Virus record (IMG/VR): IMGVR_UViG_3300035158_000899
Length of the DNA stretch: 64,000 nucleotides
Origin: a virus
Taxonomy: Duplodnaviria; Heunggongvirae; Uroviricota; Caudoviricetes
Reading direction: 5' to 3' (one strand)
The notes beneath the pieces are model-generated. The model searched no databases, had not been told where the DNA came from, and saw nothing but the letters and a program-made list of their open reading frames with translations. The position numbers and the translations under genes are program-made. This document shows, one piece after another, positions 11,491 through 22,766 of the stretch; within the stretch, counting starts at the first letter, position 1; every line of letters starts with the position of its first letter.

Positions 11491-11669
11491 AATCTAGTAT
11501 AGATAAAATAGGAAGTTTTTTAGCTTGGATGAATGCCGGCGGTCAAGTTAGTATGAAATATGGAAACCCAAAACAGGAAGAACGATTTAAAAAGGAATTA
11601 AGTGAAGCTCTTGAAGCATATCTTAGACTTGATGATGCTTTTAGAAAAATGTTTAAACCGAAGAGATAG
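11487..11669 (+). CDS. Small hypothetical protein, paralogue of 33423-33611
   Basis: Shares 'KIG(S/D)FLAWMNAGGQV(S/G)MKY.N' with the ORF at 33423. Confidence 0.5.
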   Translation: MKSSIDKIGSFLAWMNAGGQVSMKYGNPKQEERFKKELSEALEAYLRLDDAFRKMFKPKR

Positions 11670-12055
11670 AGGTCAAATGAAAACAACGGAAGCAGCAAAG
11701 TATCTTAAACAAGGTAAAACTTTAATAACTGGGGTGACTGTTAAAACTCTTTACCGTTTAGGCGAGGAGGGAGTTGAATATGGTCCTTGCATATCGTGTG
11801 CTAAAGAACAGCATTGGTACCCTTTTGGGAGTATAAAAGACTTTAAAGAGCAATTAAATGTTTTAGATTTTGAAGTTAAGGAGGAATGGAAATGAAAGAG
11901 AATAAAACTCCCGACTTGACTATAGCACCGGATACCCCGGCTTATTATACGTTATATGCTTATAAGTTTGATTTTGATTGTGCTAGAAATGCTCTTTTGT
12001 ATTTTATTGAAGAAAAAGGTTTGAGTAAGAAATGTGCAGAATGGCTTGATAAACA

Positions 12056-13771
12056 TTGGCCGAGAGAAGATTAATGGATTTAGCAAAACATGGAACCGTA
12101 TTAAGAGTACTCAAAGGGATCGCAGCCGGATTGAGCGCCAAGCACAATGTAACAGTGAGGTTTAGTAGAGAAGATGCTTGCGCAACAGATGGAAAAACAA
12201 TTGTTATCCCCTATCGTGATGAAACTGATCCTTTGAAGTATTTAGGATTCCTTGCTCATGAATCAGGACATATTATCTTTACTGATTTTAATGCCATTGT
12301 AGAGATGGTGGAAGGAACACAAGATAAAGTTGAGCATCCAGAGTTTCTTAAAAACATACATAATGCTTTAGAAGATATTTATATTGAAAGGGAGATTACA
12401 ACAGAATATGAGGGGTTTAAACATTTTCTCACTCAAATTGTAGAAGAAACAAATAGAGAAAAAGCGAAACATTTTGGTAAGATGGGAAAGACTAAGATGT
12501 TGCTCGATGTTATGTATTTAATGGGCAGAAAATATGATTACTCTATTTATCCAAAAGAGATTGTTAGTTACATAGAAACAAAGTTGAAACACATTGTTAA
12601 TAAAGTTGCAAATCAATGCAGCAATACAAGAGAAGTAATAGAATGCGCGAGAGAAGCTTATGAAATCATAATAAAGGATTTTGAAATACCTCAGAATATA
12701 GTGGTACAGATAGAAGGCGAGGATGGTAAAGAGGTAGCAAAGAATTTAAAGAATTTTTTAGAAAAGCTTAAGAAAGAAGCAGGAGATAAAGAAACACAAG
12801 AAAAGATAGATAGCATATGCGAAGAATGTCAAAAGATCATTGATCAAACAGCAGAAGAAAAAGAAATAGATAAAAATACAGAGATTCCGCCAATGTTCGA
12901 ACCTGTACCACGAGATCATAATGTTGATAAAGACCAAACAGCGGTAAGGCCTGATATTGGCGATAAACAAATGTTTGATGATTTAGAAAGTGGTGTGCAT
13001 AATGAGGTTAAATATATTCGAAATCAGTTAATTAGAATACTGTCTGATGTTCGCGCTACAAAATGGAAAGCAGAAGAAGAAACAGGGAGAAGATTAGGAA
13101 AACATTTGTATAAGATAGAAAAAGGTGATCTATCTATTTTTCGCAAAAAGATAGTTTCCACGAATCATGAATTACCAGAAATGGCATGGTATATCCTTAT
13201 TGACCATTCAGGTTCGATGGGGTCTTTTTATATACGTCAAAGTGGTAATTCAAAAAGCGCAGAAGCATGTAGAGCTGCAATAGCTTTTTCAGAATTAGCA
13301 GATAGGTTAGAATTACCATTTGCAATTACAGGATTTAATGAAGGTGGATTGTATTGTAGTACATTCGGTTATGATCGCAACGATGTACACCATATAATAT
13401 ACAAAACTTTTGATGAACCTTATTATAAGGTAAAAGTATCATTAACAGAGATCACAGGTAGTGGAAGTAATTTGGATAGTGTTAGTTTAAGATTTGCTTA
13501 CAACCAAATCAAACAAAGAAGAGAACCCATTAAGGTAATAATTATGATATGCGATGGTTATCCTTGCTGTCCGGAAGGTGAACTAGAAGGAATAATTGCT
13601 GAGATAGAAAGATCAAAGGATACAAATGTGGTAGGAGTAGGGATACAAACAGATGCAGTTAAGAATTTTTACAGAAGATATGTAGAAGTAAATCAAGTAG
13701 AAGAATTAGGAATGAATATTGTAAGGATATTAGCAGATGCGATATCTGATTTACAAAAAACTGTGAGGTGA
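12056..13771 (+). CDS. von Willebrand factor A (VWA) domain protein with MIDAS motif, CobT-like partner of the AAA+ ATPase
   Basis: 'LIDHSGSM' DxSxS MIDAS motif, followed by conserved T and D positions in a C-terminal alpha/beta domain. Large helical N-terminal region. Confidence 0.65.
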   Translation: MAERRLMDLAKHGTVLRVLKGIAAGLSAKHNVTVRFSREDACATDGKTIVIPYRDETDPLKYLGFLAHESGHIIFTDFNAIVEMVEGTQDKVEHPEFLKNIHNALEDIYIEREITTEYEGFKHFLTQIVEETNREKAKHFGKMGKTKMLLDVMYLMGRKYDYSIYPKEIVSYIETKLKHIVNKVANQCSNTREVIECAREAYEIIIKDFEIPQNIVVQIEGEDGKEVAKNLKNFLEKLKKEAGDKETQEKIDSICEECQKIIDQTAEEKEIDKNTEIPPMFEPVPRDHNVDKDQTAVRPDIGDKQMFDDLESGVHNEVKYIRNQLIRILSDVRATKWKAEEETGRRLGKHLYKIEKGDLSIFRKKIVSTNHELPEMAWYILIDHSGSMGSFYIRQSGNSKSAEACRAAIAFSELADRLELPFAITGFNEGGLYCSTFGYDRNDVHHIIYKTFDEPYYKVKVSLTEITGSGSNLDSVSLRFAYNQIKQRREPIKVIIMICDGYPCCPEGELEGIIAEIERSKDTNVVGVGIQTDAVKNFYRRYVEVNQVEELGMNIVRILADAISDLQKTVR

Positions 13772-15606
13772 GTATGGCCTGTGCTAAATGTGGCGGCTAT
13801 TATTACTGCAAGTGTGAGTTACTTCAGGTTATAGAAAAAATTCGTATTAAGAAGTTAGAATTAGATAGTTTAGAATTAGAGAAAATAAAATTAGAAAAGA
13901 AATATGCAGAACTAGAAGGAGACAATTATGGATACTGTTCCATTAGAAAATTGGTTTGATCCTGATGATGAAAGGCACTTAAGGGCTTATCAACATTTAC
14001 GAGATAAGGGGTGTTGGCCAGAAGGTTTTATTCCTGATAATGTAGAAATGTCTGCCCATTGGGTGTTAACGGTTACAGCAAAATTAGCCGATGCTTGGGT
14101 TAGAAGTAGATTAAATTAAAGGAGGAGGCAAAATGAACGGAATAGAACAATCCGATGAAAAAGTGTTTAGAGAAGTAAGCAAGATAGCAGAAGAAGGAGT
14201 AGCAGAAGTTGAAAGTATAGGTAGATTAGTAGATAGAAGCATACGTAAATTAGCTATTGCATCCATTATTGATCATACAACTGTTAAAAAGTTACGTATT
14301 GGGGAACGTGGTGCGCTTGAAAGTATGTACATGGGTATGATTCATTTCGCGAGTTCATTTTTGGATAGGTTAGGGAAAATACAAGAAAAAATAGAAACAA
14401 AAACAAGAGGGCATGGGAAATATTTTTCATTAACAGGAGAATTTGAAGCACTTAAGAGTAGTGTTACTCGATTTAAAGTAGCTTTACAGGAAGATAGGAA
14501 AATAATATTAGGGAAAGAAAACAAGGAGGCAAAATGAATCAGAATGTACCTCCGCCACCTCCGGAAGGCGGATTCAGATTTCCAGAACCAAAATTACCGA
14601 AGAAAGAAACTCCGACTAATGAGGCGGTAATAAACCTATTAAAGCAATGGTCGAAAACGATAAACGATATGAGAGCGCCCAATAAAAAGAAACCGAAAGA
14701 GATTCAAGATGAAAAGCTTTTGATTGGCAAGTTAAGTAAATTATCACCAGATACAGCGGCGCTTGCTGCATTGTCTTCTATTTTAGTTTTAAGAGATAGG
14801 CTTATCCTAGAGATCGGTGATTGGAAACAGCGATTAGAAGATGTTATGAATGAATTGATTAAGATAGGAAAAGCTGCGGGTCTTGAACTGTCAAAGCCTT
14901 CTGAGACTGATAAAGATGTTAAGGATGACAAAGAAAATGTTGGGTAGGATTCTTAAGAAGGAATATATAGAAGCATGGAAAATAATGAATATCAAAGATG
15001 GGTGTACCTTACAGCAAGGGAGCATTATAGCAAGTCCTGGATTATCCGCTTTTATCAAGAGCATTTCGAACCTTCCGTAATTATCCTAAGATGTAGAATT
15101 GAGCAAAAGCTCAAGTACATAACGGATATACTTAAAGAAATACTCCGCCTAAAGTTTGATATTGTAAAACTAAGAACGATTCGGCAATTAGCTAAATTAA
15201 GCGTTGTTGCAAGAAAAGAAAGCGTTGCTAGGGAATTTAAATGCATCTGTTGTAAGAAAGCAATAACTAAATATTCCATGGGTGTTTTTAAGTGGAGAGA
15301 ATATTGCGAGGAACAAGGGATTAAACCGAAGTATCATCTAATTTGTTCGGAAGGTAAGTTTAAGATAAGCAGGGTACCAAAATGTTGTGTAAATAGAGAA
15401 CCTGTACCCTTTGCGGAAATAGAAAAATGTGTTAATACAAGAATGACAGGTTTGTTTAGAGCGAATCCTAATTTGTGGGGTAAGAAGATCTATACTGATG
15501 AATATAATCAGAAATTAAGATCTAAAATAGAACAAATAGTGAAAATTATGCAAGAATATTATACGAGACGGGCGAGGATGAAAGAGAGGATAGAATAGGA
15601 GGCAAG

Positions 15607-16602
15607 ATGAGTAATACTAGGCCAAAATTTTTGAAAGACTTTCCAGGACAAGAGCCTATTAAAAAACAACTGGAGATTTTGATTAAAAGCACGAGGATGC
15701 GCGGAGATATTTTACCGCACATTTTATTGAAAGGCTTGAGTGGATGCGGAAAGACAACACTCGCCCATATCATCGCTAACGAAATGGGTGCAAGTCAAAT
15801 CGAGGTATTATCACCTGCTTCGCTGAAAACAGAAACTAGTTTTATGAATTTGTTTAGGAAAGACCCTCGATTTATTTTTATTGATGAAATACATGGGCTT
15901 CTTTTACCAACGCAAGAAACACTAGGTTTGATAATGGAAGATTTTAAAATAAATGCTCCAGTCAAAAGAAAGAATAGAATTGTAGATAGAAGAATAGTCA
16001 ATGTTAGTCCTTTTACTTTGATCGGTGCAACAACATTAGAAGGATTGATTTCTAAACCATTAAGAGACCGTTTTAAAATACATTTTCAATTCTTACCATA
16101 TGGCTTAGAAGAATCTATCGATATAGTAAAAGGAACAGCGAAACGCCTTGGAATAGAGATAACAGAGAAGGCAGCAAAAGAAATAGCAGAGAAAGGCAGA
16201 GGAGTAGCTAGAATTTTGGTTAAATATACAGAAAGAACAAGAGATACAGCTTTAGTAACAAACAAAAACACAATTGATGTTGCATCAGTAATTGAAACAT
16301 TCAAAGTAATGGGTATTGATGATCAAGGATTTTCATTAGCTGATCTTAACGTGCTTAAGCTTCTAGCAGGAATAGATCGACCTGTTGGATTAAAGTCTAT
16401 TGCAGTATCCATTAATGAGCCTTTAGAAACAGTAGAGAATGCTATTGAGCCGTTCTTAATTCAAAAAGGAATGATTGTGAGAACAGAACGTGGTAGAATA
16501 ATTACTGATAAAGGCGCAGATTATTTAAGAGAAAAGAAGATTGCACCTAAGGATAATTTTGAAACATTATTTATACCAGTAAAGGAAAACCAGGCAGAGT
16601 AA
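15607..16602 (+). CDS. ruvB: RuvB-like Holliday-junction branch-migration AAA+ ATPase
   Basis: 'FPGQEPIKKQLEIL', Walker A 'GLSGCGKTTLAHIIANEMG', Walker B 'IFIDEIHGL', and 'FTLIGATTLEGLISKPLRDRFKI' closely follow the RuvB consensus. C-terminal winged-helix region present. Confidence 0.7.
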   Translation: MSNTRPKFLKDFPGQEPIKKQLEILIKSTRMRGDILPHILLKGLSGCGKTTLAHIIANEMGASQIEVLSPASLKTETSFMNLFRKDPRFIFIDEIHGLLLPTQETLGLIMEDFKINAPVKRKNRIVDRRIVNVSPFTLIGATTLEGLISKPLRDRFKIHFQFLPYGLEESIDIVKGTAKRLGIEITEKAAKEIAEKGRGVARILVKYTERTRDTALVTNKNTIDVASVIETFKVMGIDDQGFSLADLNVLKLLAGIDRPVGLKSIAVSINEPLETVENAIEPFLIQKGMIVRTERGRIITDKGADYLREKKIAPKDNFETLFIPVKENQAE

Positions 16603-16830
16603 GGAGGCTTTATGAAAAACGCTGCTGTTATTTTTCTTGTTGGCTTATTGTTACTGTCTGTGCTAGCTGCGGTATCTCCGCCAAGATATTATTCTCGATA
16701 CATTACAGAAAATTTTGGCGTTTACGCTCTTGTAGTTGACAATGAAACATCACAAGCATATGTTCTTCTTGTGGCAACTTCCAAGCCCCGACTTATTTAT
16801 AAGGGACAGTTAGATTAATCAGGAAGCAAT

Positions 16831-17397
16831 ATGGATAATAAAACTATTTTCCTGATAGTAGTTGCTATTGTTTTGTTTTGCAGTCCATGGTTTTGGGGAG
16901 CATTGGCGAAAATGGTGCGAACTATCCATGTAATACTATTCATTTTTTTACTTTTCTTTGTTTGTTATGAAGTTGACAAAACGTATAATACAAACGATAT
17001 TATTGCATGCGAGCCAGGCACCGCGACAGCACCACAGTATTTAGAGCCAATAGTTGATAGTGCGGCTGCAAAATATAACATAGGTAAAGATACTATTTTG
17101 GCTATAATACAAGCAGAATCAGATTTTAATAAGTTTGCTGTTTCGCATGCTGGAGCAGAAGGATTAATGCAGCTAATGCCAGAAACTGGTAAACGAATGG
17201 GAGTAACCGACCCGTTTGACGAAAGACAAAATATTTTCGGAGGGACACGCTATTTCTCCCTGATGTTGAATCATTTTAATAGTTTAGATCTGGCATTGGC
17301 TGCTTATTATACAGGACCAGAAGCAGTTGAAAAAGCAAGAGGAGTACCTTATATTGCAGAGGATTATGTATGGCGAGTGAAGAGTCTAATAAAATAG
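16831..17397 (+). CDS. Membrane-anchored lytic transglycosylase (SLT domain)
   Basis: N-terminal TM helix, then 'AIIQAESDFNKFAVSHAGAEGLMQLMPETG', the SLT catalytic-Glu/GLMQ signature. Confidence 0.75.
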   Translation: MDNKTIFLIVVAIVLFCSPWFWGALAKMVRTIHVILFIFLLFFVCYEVDKTYNTNDIIACEPGTATAPQYLEPIVDSAAAKYNIGKDTILAIIQAESDFNKFAVSHAGAEGLMQLMPETGKRMGVTDPFDERQNIFGGTRYFSLMLNHFNSLDLALAAYYTGPEAVEKARGVPYIAEDYVWRVKSLIK

Positions 17398-17795
17398 AAC
17401 GTAAAGAATTACTCAAGAAAGCAATAACGAAAGCTGAGAAGCTTCGTGAAACTGCTGTAATTACAAAAAGTACTATTTCGGATTCTCAAAAGAAAGAACT
17501 TAAAGAAGCAAATGATCGTATTGATGCTAAAAGGAATAGAGATTGGAGCATTCTCGGCCATCAAGTTATGGGAGCGGAAAGATTTTAATGATTCATCTGA
17601 TTCATAAATGGAATTATACTAGGTTTAATCATTATAGAACCGGGTTTCCTGTATTTCAAAGAAGGTGTGCAATTTGTGGGAAGTTACAAACTAAACATAT
17701 CTATAGAGAAAGATGGTCAGATAATAACACTTTAATTATATGTGATAGTTCAGGAAAGGAAATAGAAAGAAGATATTAAATAAATAGGAGGAGTT

Positions 17796-18551
17796 ATGAA
17801 AATAACTTATTTAGGTACAGGTTCAGCTTTTTGTATGAACAATTTTCAAACAAATGCATTGATTGAAAATAACGGACAGAAATTACTTATCGATGCCGGA
17901 AGTGATATACGTTTTTCATTAGCGGAACAAAAGTTAACCGCTAATGATTTGGATGCGGTGTATATTAGTCACCAGCATGCAGATCATATAGGAGGAGTAG
18001 AATATATAGCCTTCGTTACTTATTTTATGCCGAATAAGGAGCCGATTACTTTATATGCGAATCAATTTTTGGTTAAAGACATGTGGATAGAAACGCTATG
18101 CGGCGGACTTAAAAGTATTCAAGGTAAATGTATGGGGTTAAGTGATTATTTTAAAGTCCAGCCAGTTGCATGTAATCAACCGTTTTGGTGGCAAAATATT
18201 GAATTTATACCTGTTCAAACAGTGCACGTAATGGACGGTTATAAGATAGTTAGTAGTTTTGGTCTTATGGTTAGGTATCATGGAGAAACTATATTTATGA
18301 CTACTGATACACAGTTTGCTCCAAGTCAGCTTTTAGATTTCTATAAACAAGCTACTTTGATATTTCATGATTGTGAAACAACGCCATTTGCGTCAGGCGT
18401 TCATGCACATTACAATCAACTTTCGACATTGGATGAACAAACAAAAGAAAAAATGTGGCTTACACATTATCAAGATGGCGAATTACCTGATGCAGAGGCA
18501 GATGGATTTAAAGGATTTGTAAAGAAAGGACAAGTATTTAAATTTGAATGA
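17796..18551 (+). CDS. Metallo-beta-lactamase-fold hydrolase
   Basis: 'HQHADHIGG' HxHxDH metal-binding motif, with downstream His and Asp residues. 251 aa. Confidence 0.6.
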   Translation: MKITYLGTGSAFCMNNFQTNALIENNGQKLLIDAGSDIRFSLAEQKLTANDLDAVYISHQHADHIGGVEYIAFVTYFMPNKEPITLYANQFLVKDMWIETLCGGLKSIQGKCMGLSDYFKVQPVACNQPFWWQNIEFIPVQTVHVMDGYKIVSSFGLMVRYHGETIFMTTDTQFAPSQLLDFYKQATLIFHDCETTPFASGVHAHYNQLSTLDEQTKEKMWLTHYQDGELPDAEADGFKGFVKKGQVFKFE

Positions 18552-19872
18552 AATGAGGCATAATGGTATTCAAAGTTAAAAAAATAAAATGGAAGAGATG
18601 TTATCACGGTTATTCCGGTAGTATTGGCGATAGAATTGTTTGTGAAATAACAAAACCAATTACTAGAGAAGGTAAGTTTGCAAAATCCTTTGATAGGCAT
18701 TCTTGTATCAATGGCGGTCGATACTATGAGGGTTCTAACAAAACCTTAGTTAAAGCTAAAAGAGAATGCCAAAAAGACATTGAAAGAATAATGCGAGGGT
18801 TAATTCATTCTTTTATTGAAGAATCGGGTAAAATAGAAAGTTTATTACAAGAGGATAAATAATGAGGGAGAGTGAATGAATAAGAAAGAAAAGGAAATTG
18901 AGAGATTAAAAAAGGAATTTGATTCTTTAGCAGAAGGTAAGGATATATTTGTTAATTTTTTTGGGGATCCTATTAGTTTTCGTATTGCTTGGGAGTCAGA
19001 TACATATGCAGATATTTACCCCCAAAGATTTCAGGCGGAATTTGAATGCACTAGTCTTGTTAGTAGGGAAGGCAAAATGGCAAAGCAAGCATTGTTAAGA
19101 TTCGAGAGAGGTATTGAGCGACTTAAAAAGGAACTTCAAAAATATAATGATAGAATTAAGAAGTTCGATTCTAAAGTAGAGGCTTTTGCAAAGCGATATA
19201 GAATAATGGATGTAATGGATGTTTATGAGGAATATTTATATTGAATATTGTAATAAGGGGGCAAAATGATGCAGCAATTACCAGTTGTTTTTACTGTAGA
19301 TCAACCGCAATGTGAAAATTATTTCGGCACATTGGTTAAACTTAAAAGTGGAGATCCCATTTTTTGTAAAGAAATTAAATTTCTTGGTGATTTTGCTTTG
19401 TTGAACTATGCAAAAATAAGAGAATGTGTACAACCCACTATAAAGCCAGAGCCCAGTCTAGATAGGTATGATTATCGCAGCTGTTCAAGAAGTGGTATAT
19501 ATACAATCTATGGAAAAGATGTACTTCAGGTAATAATAGAGCAGAATAAGATAGAACAATGTGTTGCAGTGGAAAAAGGCGATAATGATAGTTTACCTGG
19601 ATGGGTTATGCGTACAAAAGAGCGCGCGCAAGAGCATGCTAATGAAGAACAAAAGAAGTACAATCAAGAAACGTTAAAATTAAATACCGAAATAAAGAAA
19701 GATAGACTTGCGGCAGACAAACGGAAAAAGGTTTTGAAAATATGCCGGGAGAATAAAATTCGTTCTTGGTTTTATTCCGATGAAACAAAGAAGGAATGGG
19801 TTGAAGATCACATAGATAAATACGTAATTGACCAAACCGATATAATAGAAAAACTAGATCAATTGGCTAATT

Positions 19873-20799
19873 ATGCAGAATAATAGATATAAAAAGGGCT
19901 ATATAGTAGTTAAGTTAGAATGGATAACGGGGCGAAGAAAGAAATTGGAAGAATATAAGATACCAGAAAGAGGCGTTTGTATCGCAGAGGGTTGCAAACG
20001 GAAGGTTGCGCGAAGACGGAAAAACAATAAAACAATACGTGATGAAAAAGGAAATGTACAATACGAAAAATTTTGTAGTTTGCATTTGAGACAATTACGG
20101 AAGGGTAAATCTTTTTTAAACGAAGATGGTACATGGAGTGATAAAAGAAAACATACAAAGTGTAAAATCCCAGGATGCACAAGGCCTGGTCAAATAAGAC
20201 GAGCGTTCAGAAAAAAGACCGGTAAGGTAGAAGAATATGAAACCTTCCCAAAAGGTTTTTGTGAGTACCATTATTTCCAATATCATCCCAGGAGAGGGCT
20301 CATAAATAAAGAAGGGAAAAGAGTTAGGGAAAAGTTTGGTGAAGTAAGAAAACGCTGTATTGTTGAGGAATGTAGGCGTAAAGCTGTAGTAGCACGTAAG
20401 AATAATAAGGTTGTATTTGATAAAAAAGGTAATATAAAACATGAGAAGTTTTGTAGCATTCATTTACGACCCCATAAACTTTTAAATGAAGATGGTACAT
20501 GGAAAGATGGAAGAAAACATACAAAGTGCAAGATTCCAGGGTGTAAAAATAAAGGTGTAATATATAGAAATAAGCGTAAAGATGGCACTTATGGGGAGAG
20601 CGAAAGATTTGTAAGGGGATTTTGCGCGAAACATTATTGGGATTGGTTTCGTGGTACTATAAGTATTAGTGGAAAACCTATTAAAAGATCGAAACCCGCC
20701 GGATGTAAAGTAAAAGGGTGCAAGAGAGGTGGGCATCTTACAAAAGGTTATTGTTATTGGCATTATACTGCTCAATATCAAAAGAAATATTGTAAATGA
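19873..20799 (+). CDS. Cys/His-rich protein built from three tandem zinc-binding repeats (KHEKFCS.HLR ... HTKCKIPGC ... GFC..HY)
   Basis: Repeat units are evident at both protein and nucleotide level: about 20130-20190 matches about 20490-20550, e.g. 'ggtacatgga..gat..aagaaaacatacaaagtg.aa.at.cc.gg.tg'. Confidence 0.5.
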   Translation: MQNNRYKKGYIVVKLEWITGRRKKLEEYKIPERGVCIAEGCKRKVARRRKNNKTIRDEKGNVQYEKFCSLHLRQLRKGKSFLNEDGTWSDKRKHTKCKIPGCTRPGQIRRAFRKKTGKVEEYETFPKGFCEYHYFQYHPRRGLINKEGKRVREKFGEVRKRCIVEECRRKAVVARKNNKVVFDKKGNIKHEKFCSIHLRPHKLLNEDGTWKDGRKHTKCKIPGCKNKGVIYRNKRKDGTYGESERFVRGFCAKHYWDWFRGTISISGKPIKRSKPAGCKVKGCKRGGHLTKGYCYWHYTAQYQKKYCK

Positions 20800-22766
20800 A
20801 GGGGGTAGGAATGATGTTTGAATTATCTGATGATGAACAAAAGAAATTCGAGAAATGGGATAAAAAGCATAAAAAGAAATGTGAATTTGGTGATCCGATG
20901 AAACAAGGAGCAATAGGCGGCAGATTAACGTTTTATTTTACACCAACAAGTTTAGGAACAATTACAAAAGTGAAATGTGCGTGTGGAGAGGAAATAGTTT
21001 TAACAAATACCAAGGATTGGTAAAATGGATAAAACAAAACCATTTGATCTGAAAAAGGCAAGAGAGCAACTTAGAAAAGAAGAAGAACGAGAGAAGAATA
21101 GTTTTTGGTATAGGCAATATAAAAGATTGTACCGATTCTTTTGGCGATTTATTGACGAGTTACACCCCAGAACAAACATTAATAGAATAAAGTTTTTGTT
21201 TCAAAAGATAACAAGAGGTTATTCTGATAGAGAAACATGGGATCTCGGTTGGGAAGTAGCAAATTTTGTTTCACCAAGAATAAAAAGGTTGAAAGAACTA
21301 AACAACGGCATCCCAGGTACAGTAATAGATGGTTCACATCCTGAAGGACTTAAAGAGGATAGCGATGAATACCATGATTATTACAAGAAGAAATGGGATG
21401 AAACATTAGATAAGATTGCAGAAGCGATGGATATAATTAAAGATGATGATTTTTATGATGAAAGTGATGTTGTCGGGTATCAAAAGAAACAGGAAGCTAA
21501 AGTTAAAGAAGGTTTAGGATTATTTGCTGAATATTTTCAATCTTTATGGTGGTGAGAATGACAATAAAAGAACTTAAAGAAAAATTGAATTATTTGTTAG
21601 AAGAAGGATATGTTTTAGAAAGTGATCATGTAGCTGTAAGTAACAGAAATTGTAGTGGGTATATTGATTCTATTGCAATGCCAAAGGTTGCTTTTGGCAG
21701 AGGAGAGATAGGTTCGCCGTTTGTTATGGTTTTTACAGGAGAGGAAGATAAAGGTTTGAAAACAATATTTTCATTTTCTGATGAAGATTTATTAAAAGAG
21801 GATAAAGAAAAATGTTAAAAGGTGACAAGATAAAATATCGTGACGGCATAGGTTGCTGCATTTGGCAAGTAATGAAAAACAAAGATGGAAGTGAAGATGG
21901 TGGGCTTTGTTTTGATTTTAGCGCTAACGAAATAGATGAGATGATTACGTTGTTACAAGATCTCAAAACAAGAGAGCCCAAAGAATTTGACTACACAGAG
22001 AGCGATAAATGGGATCAATTCCAAAAAGAGCGTGAAAGTAAATGGTGGTATAGATTAAAAACGAAATTAGATGATCTTTCTATACAGTTTAGCCCTTTTT
22101 GTTGGAAATTTGGAACGCTGTGGGTTACTAAGAAGGTAAGAGCAGAACGTAAAGGTAAAGGTGAACTCATGTATTCTGTTATTGATGGGATTAATTTAGG
22201 ACCACTTACAATAACCTGGTGGAGATAAGTGTACAACCTTAAAAGCAATTGGAGCTGGAACTTCGATATTGACGATACTTCTGAAAGAGTATTGAAGATG
22301 GCTATTGAAAAGATACCCGAAGATAAGATTCACCTATGGAATTTAAAGTACGGCGTAATGCCTATTTGTACAAGGGATTGGAGAAGAACATATTTACTTG
22401 ATAAAAAATCCAAGGTTGGCAGAACAAAAAAAGAAAGCACAATACGTCCTTTGTGGATCCATCCGGGGTATACGGCACGAACGATAATAAATCGGGCTTA
22501 TAAAACGATAATTGAAAAAGGATTGAGAAATTATACTTTCCTTTTGGTCATACTACATTTTGATGCCGTTGGAGGCGTTGTGTATTCAGGAAAATTAAAA
22601 GATGAAACAATACGGAACTGCCGAAATAGAAAGTAGCTTCAAAATATTTTTTAAAGTCCCTTTAACACCTTATTTTATTATGTGGTGCCGAAAATATAGG
22701 TTTTTATGCATAGGCAGAAAAGAATTTGATAGTCGTAAAGGATATTATTATTGGGTGGTGTATTGA

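Noticed and set aside
19899-20913. Several minus-strand ORFs of 90-143 aa (19899-20180, 19910-20182, 20116-20463, 20324-20524, 20482-20913)
   Set aside because: They lie antisense to the strongly supported Cys-rich repeat gene. Their products are low-complexity (F/L/Y/S-rich) and they have no RBS, so they are artefacts of AT-rich sequence.
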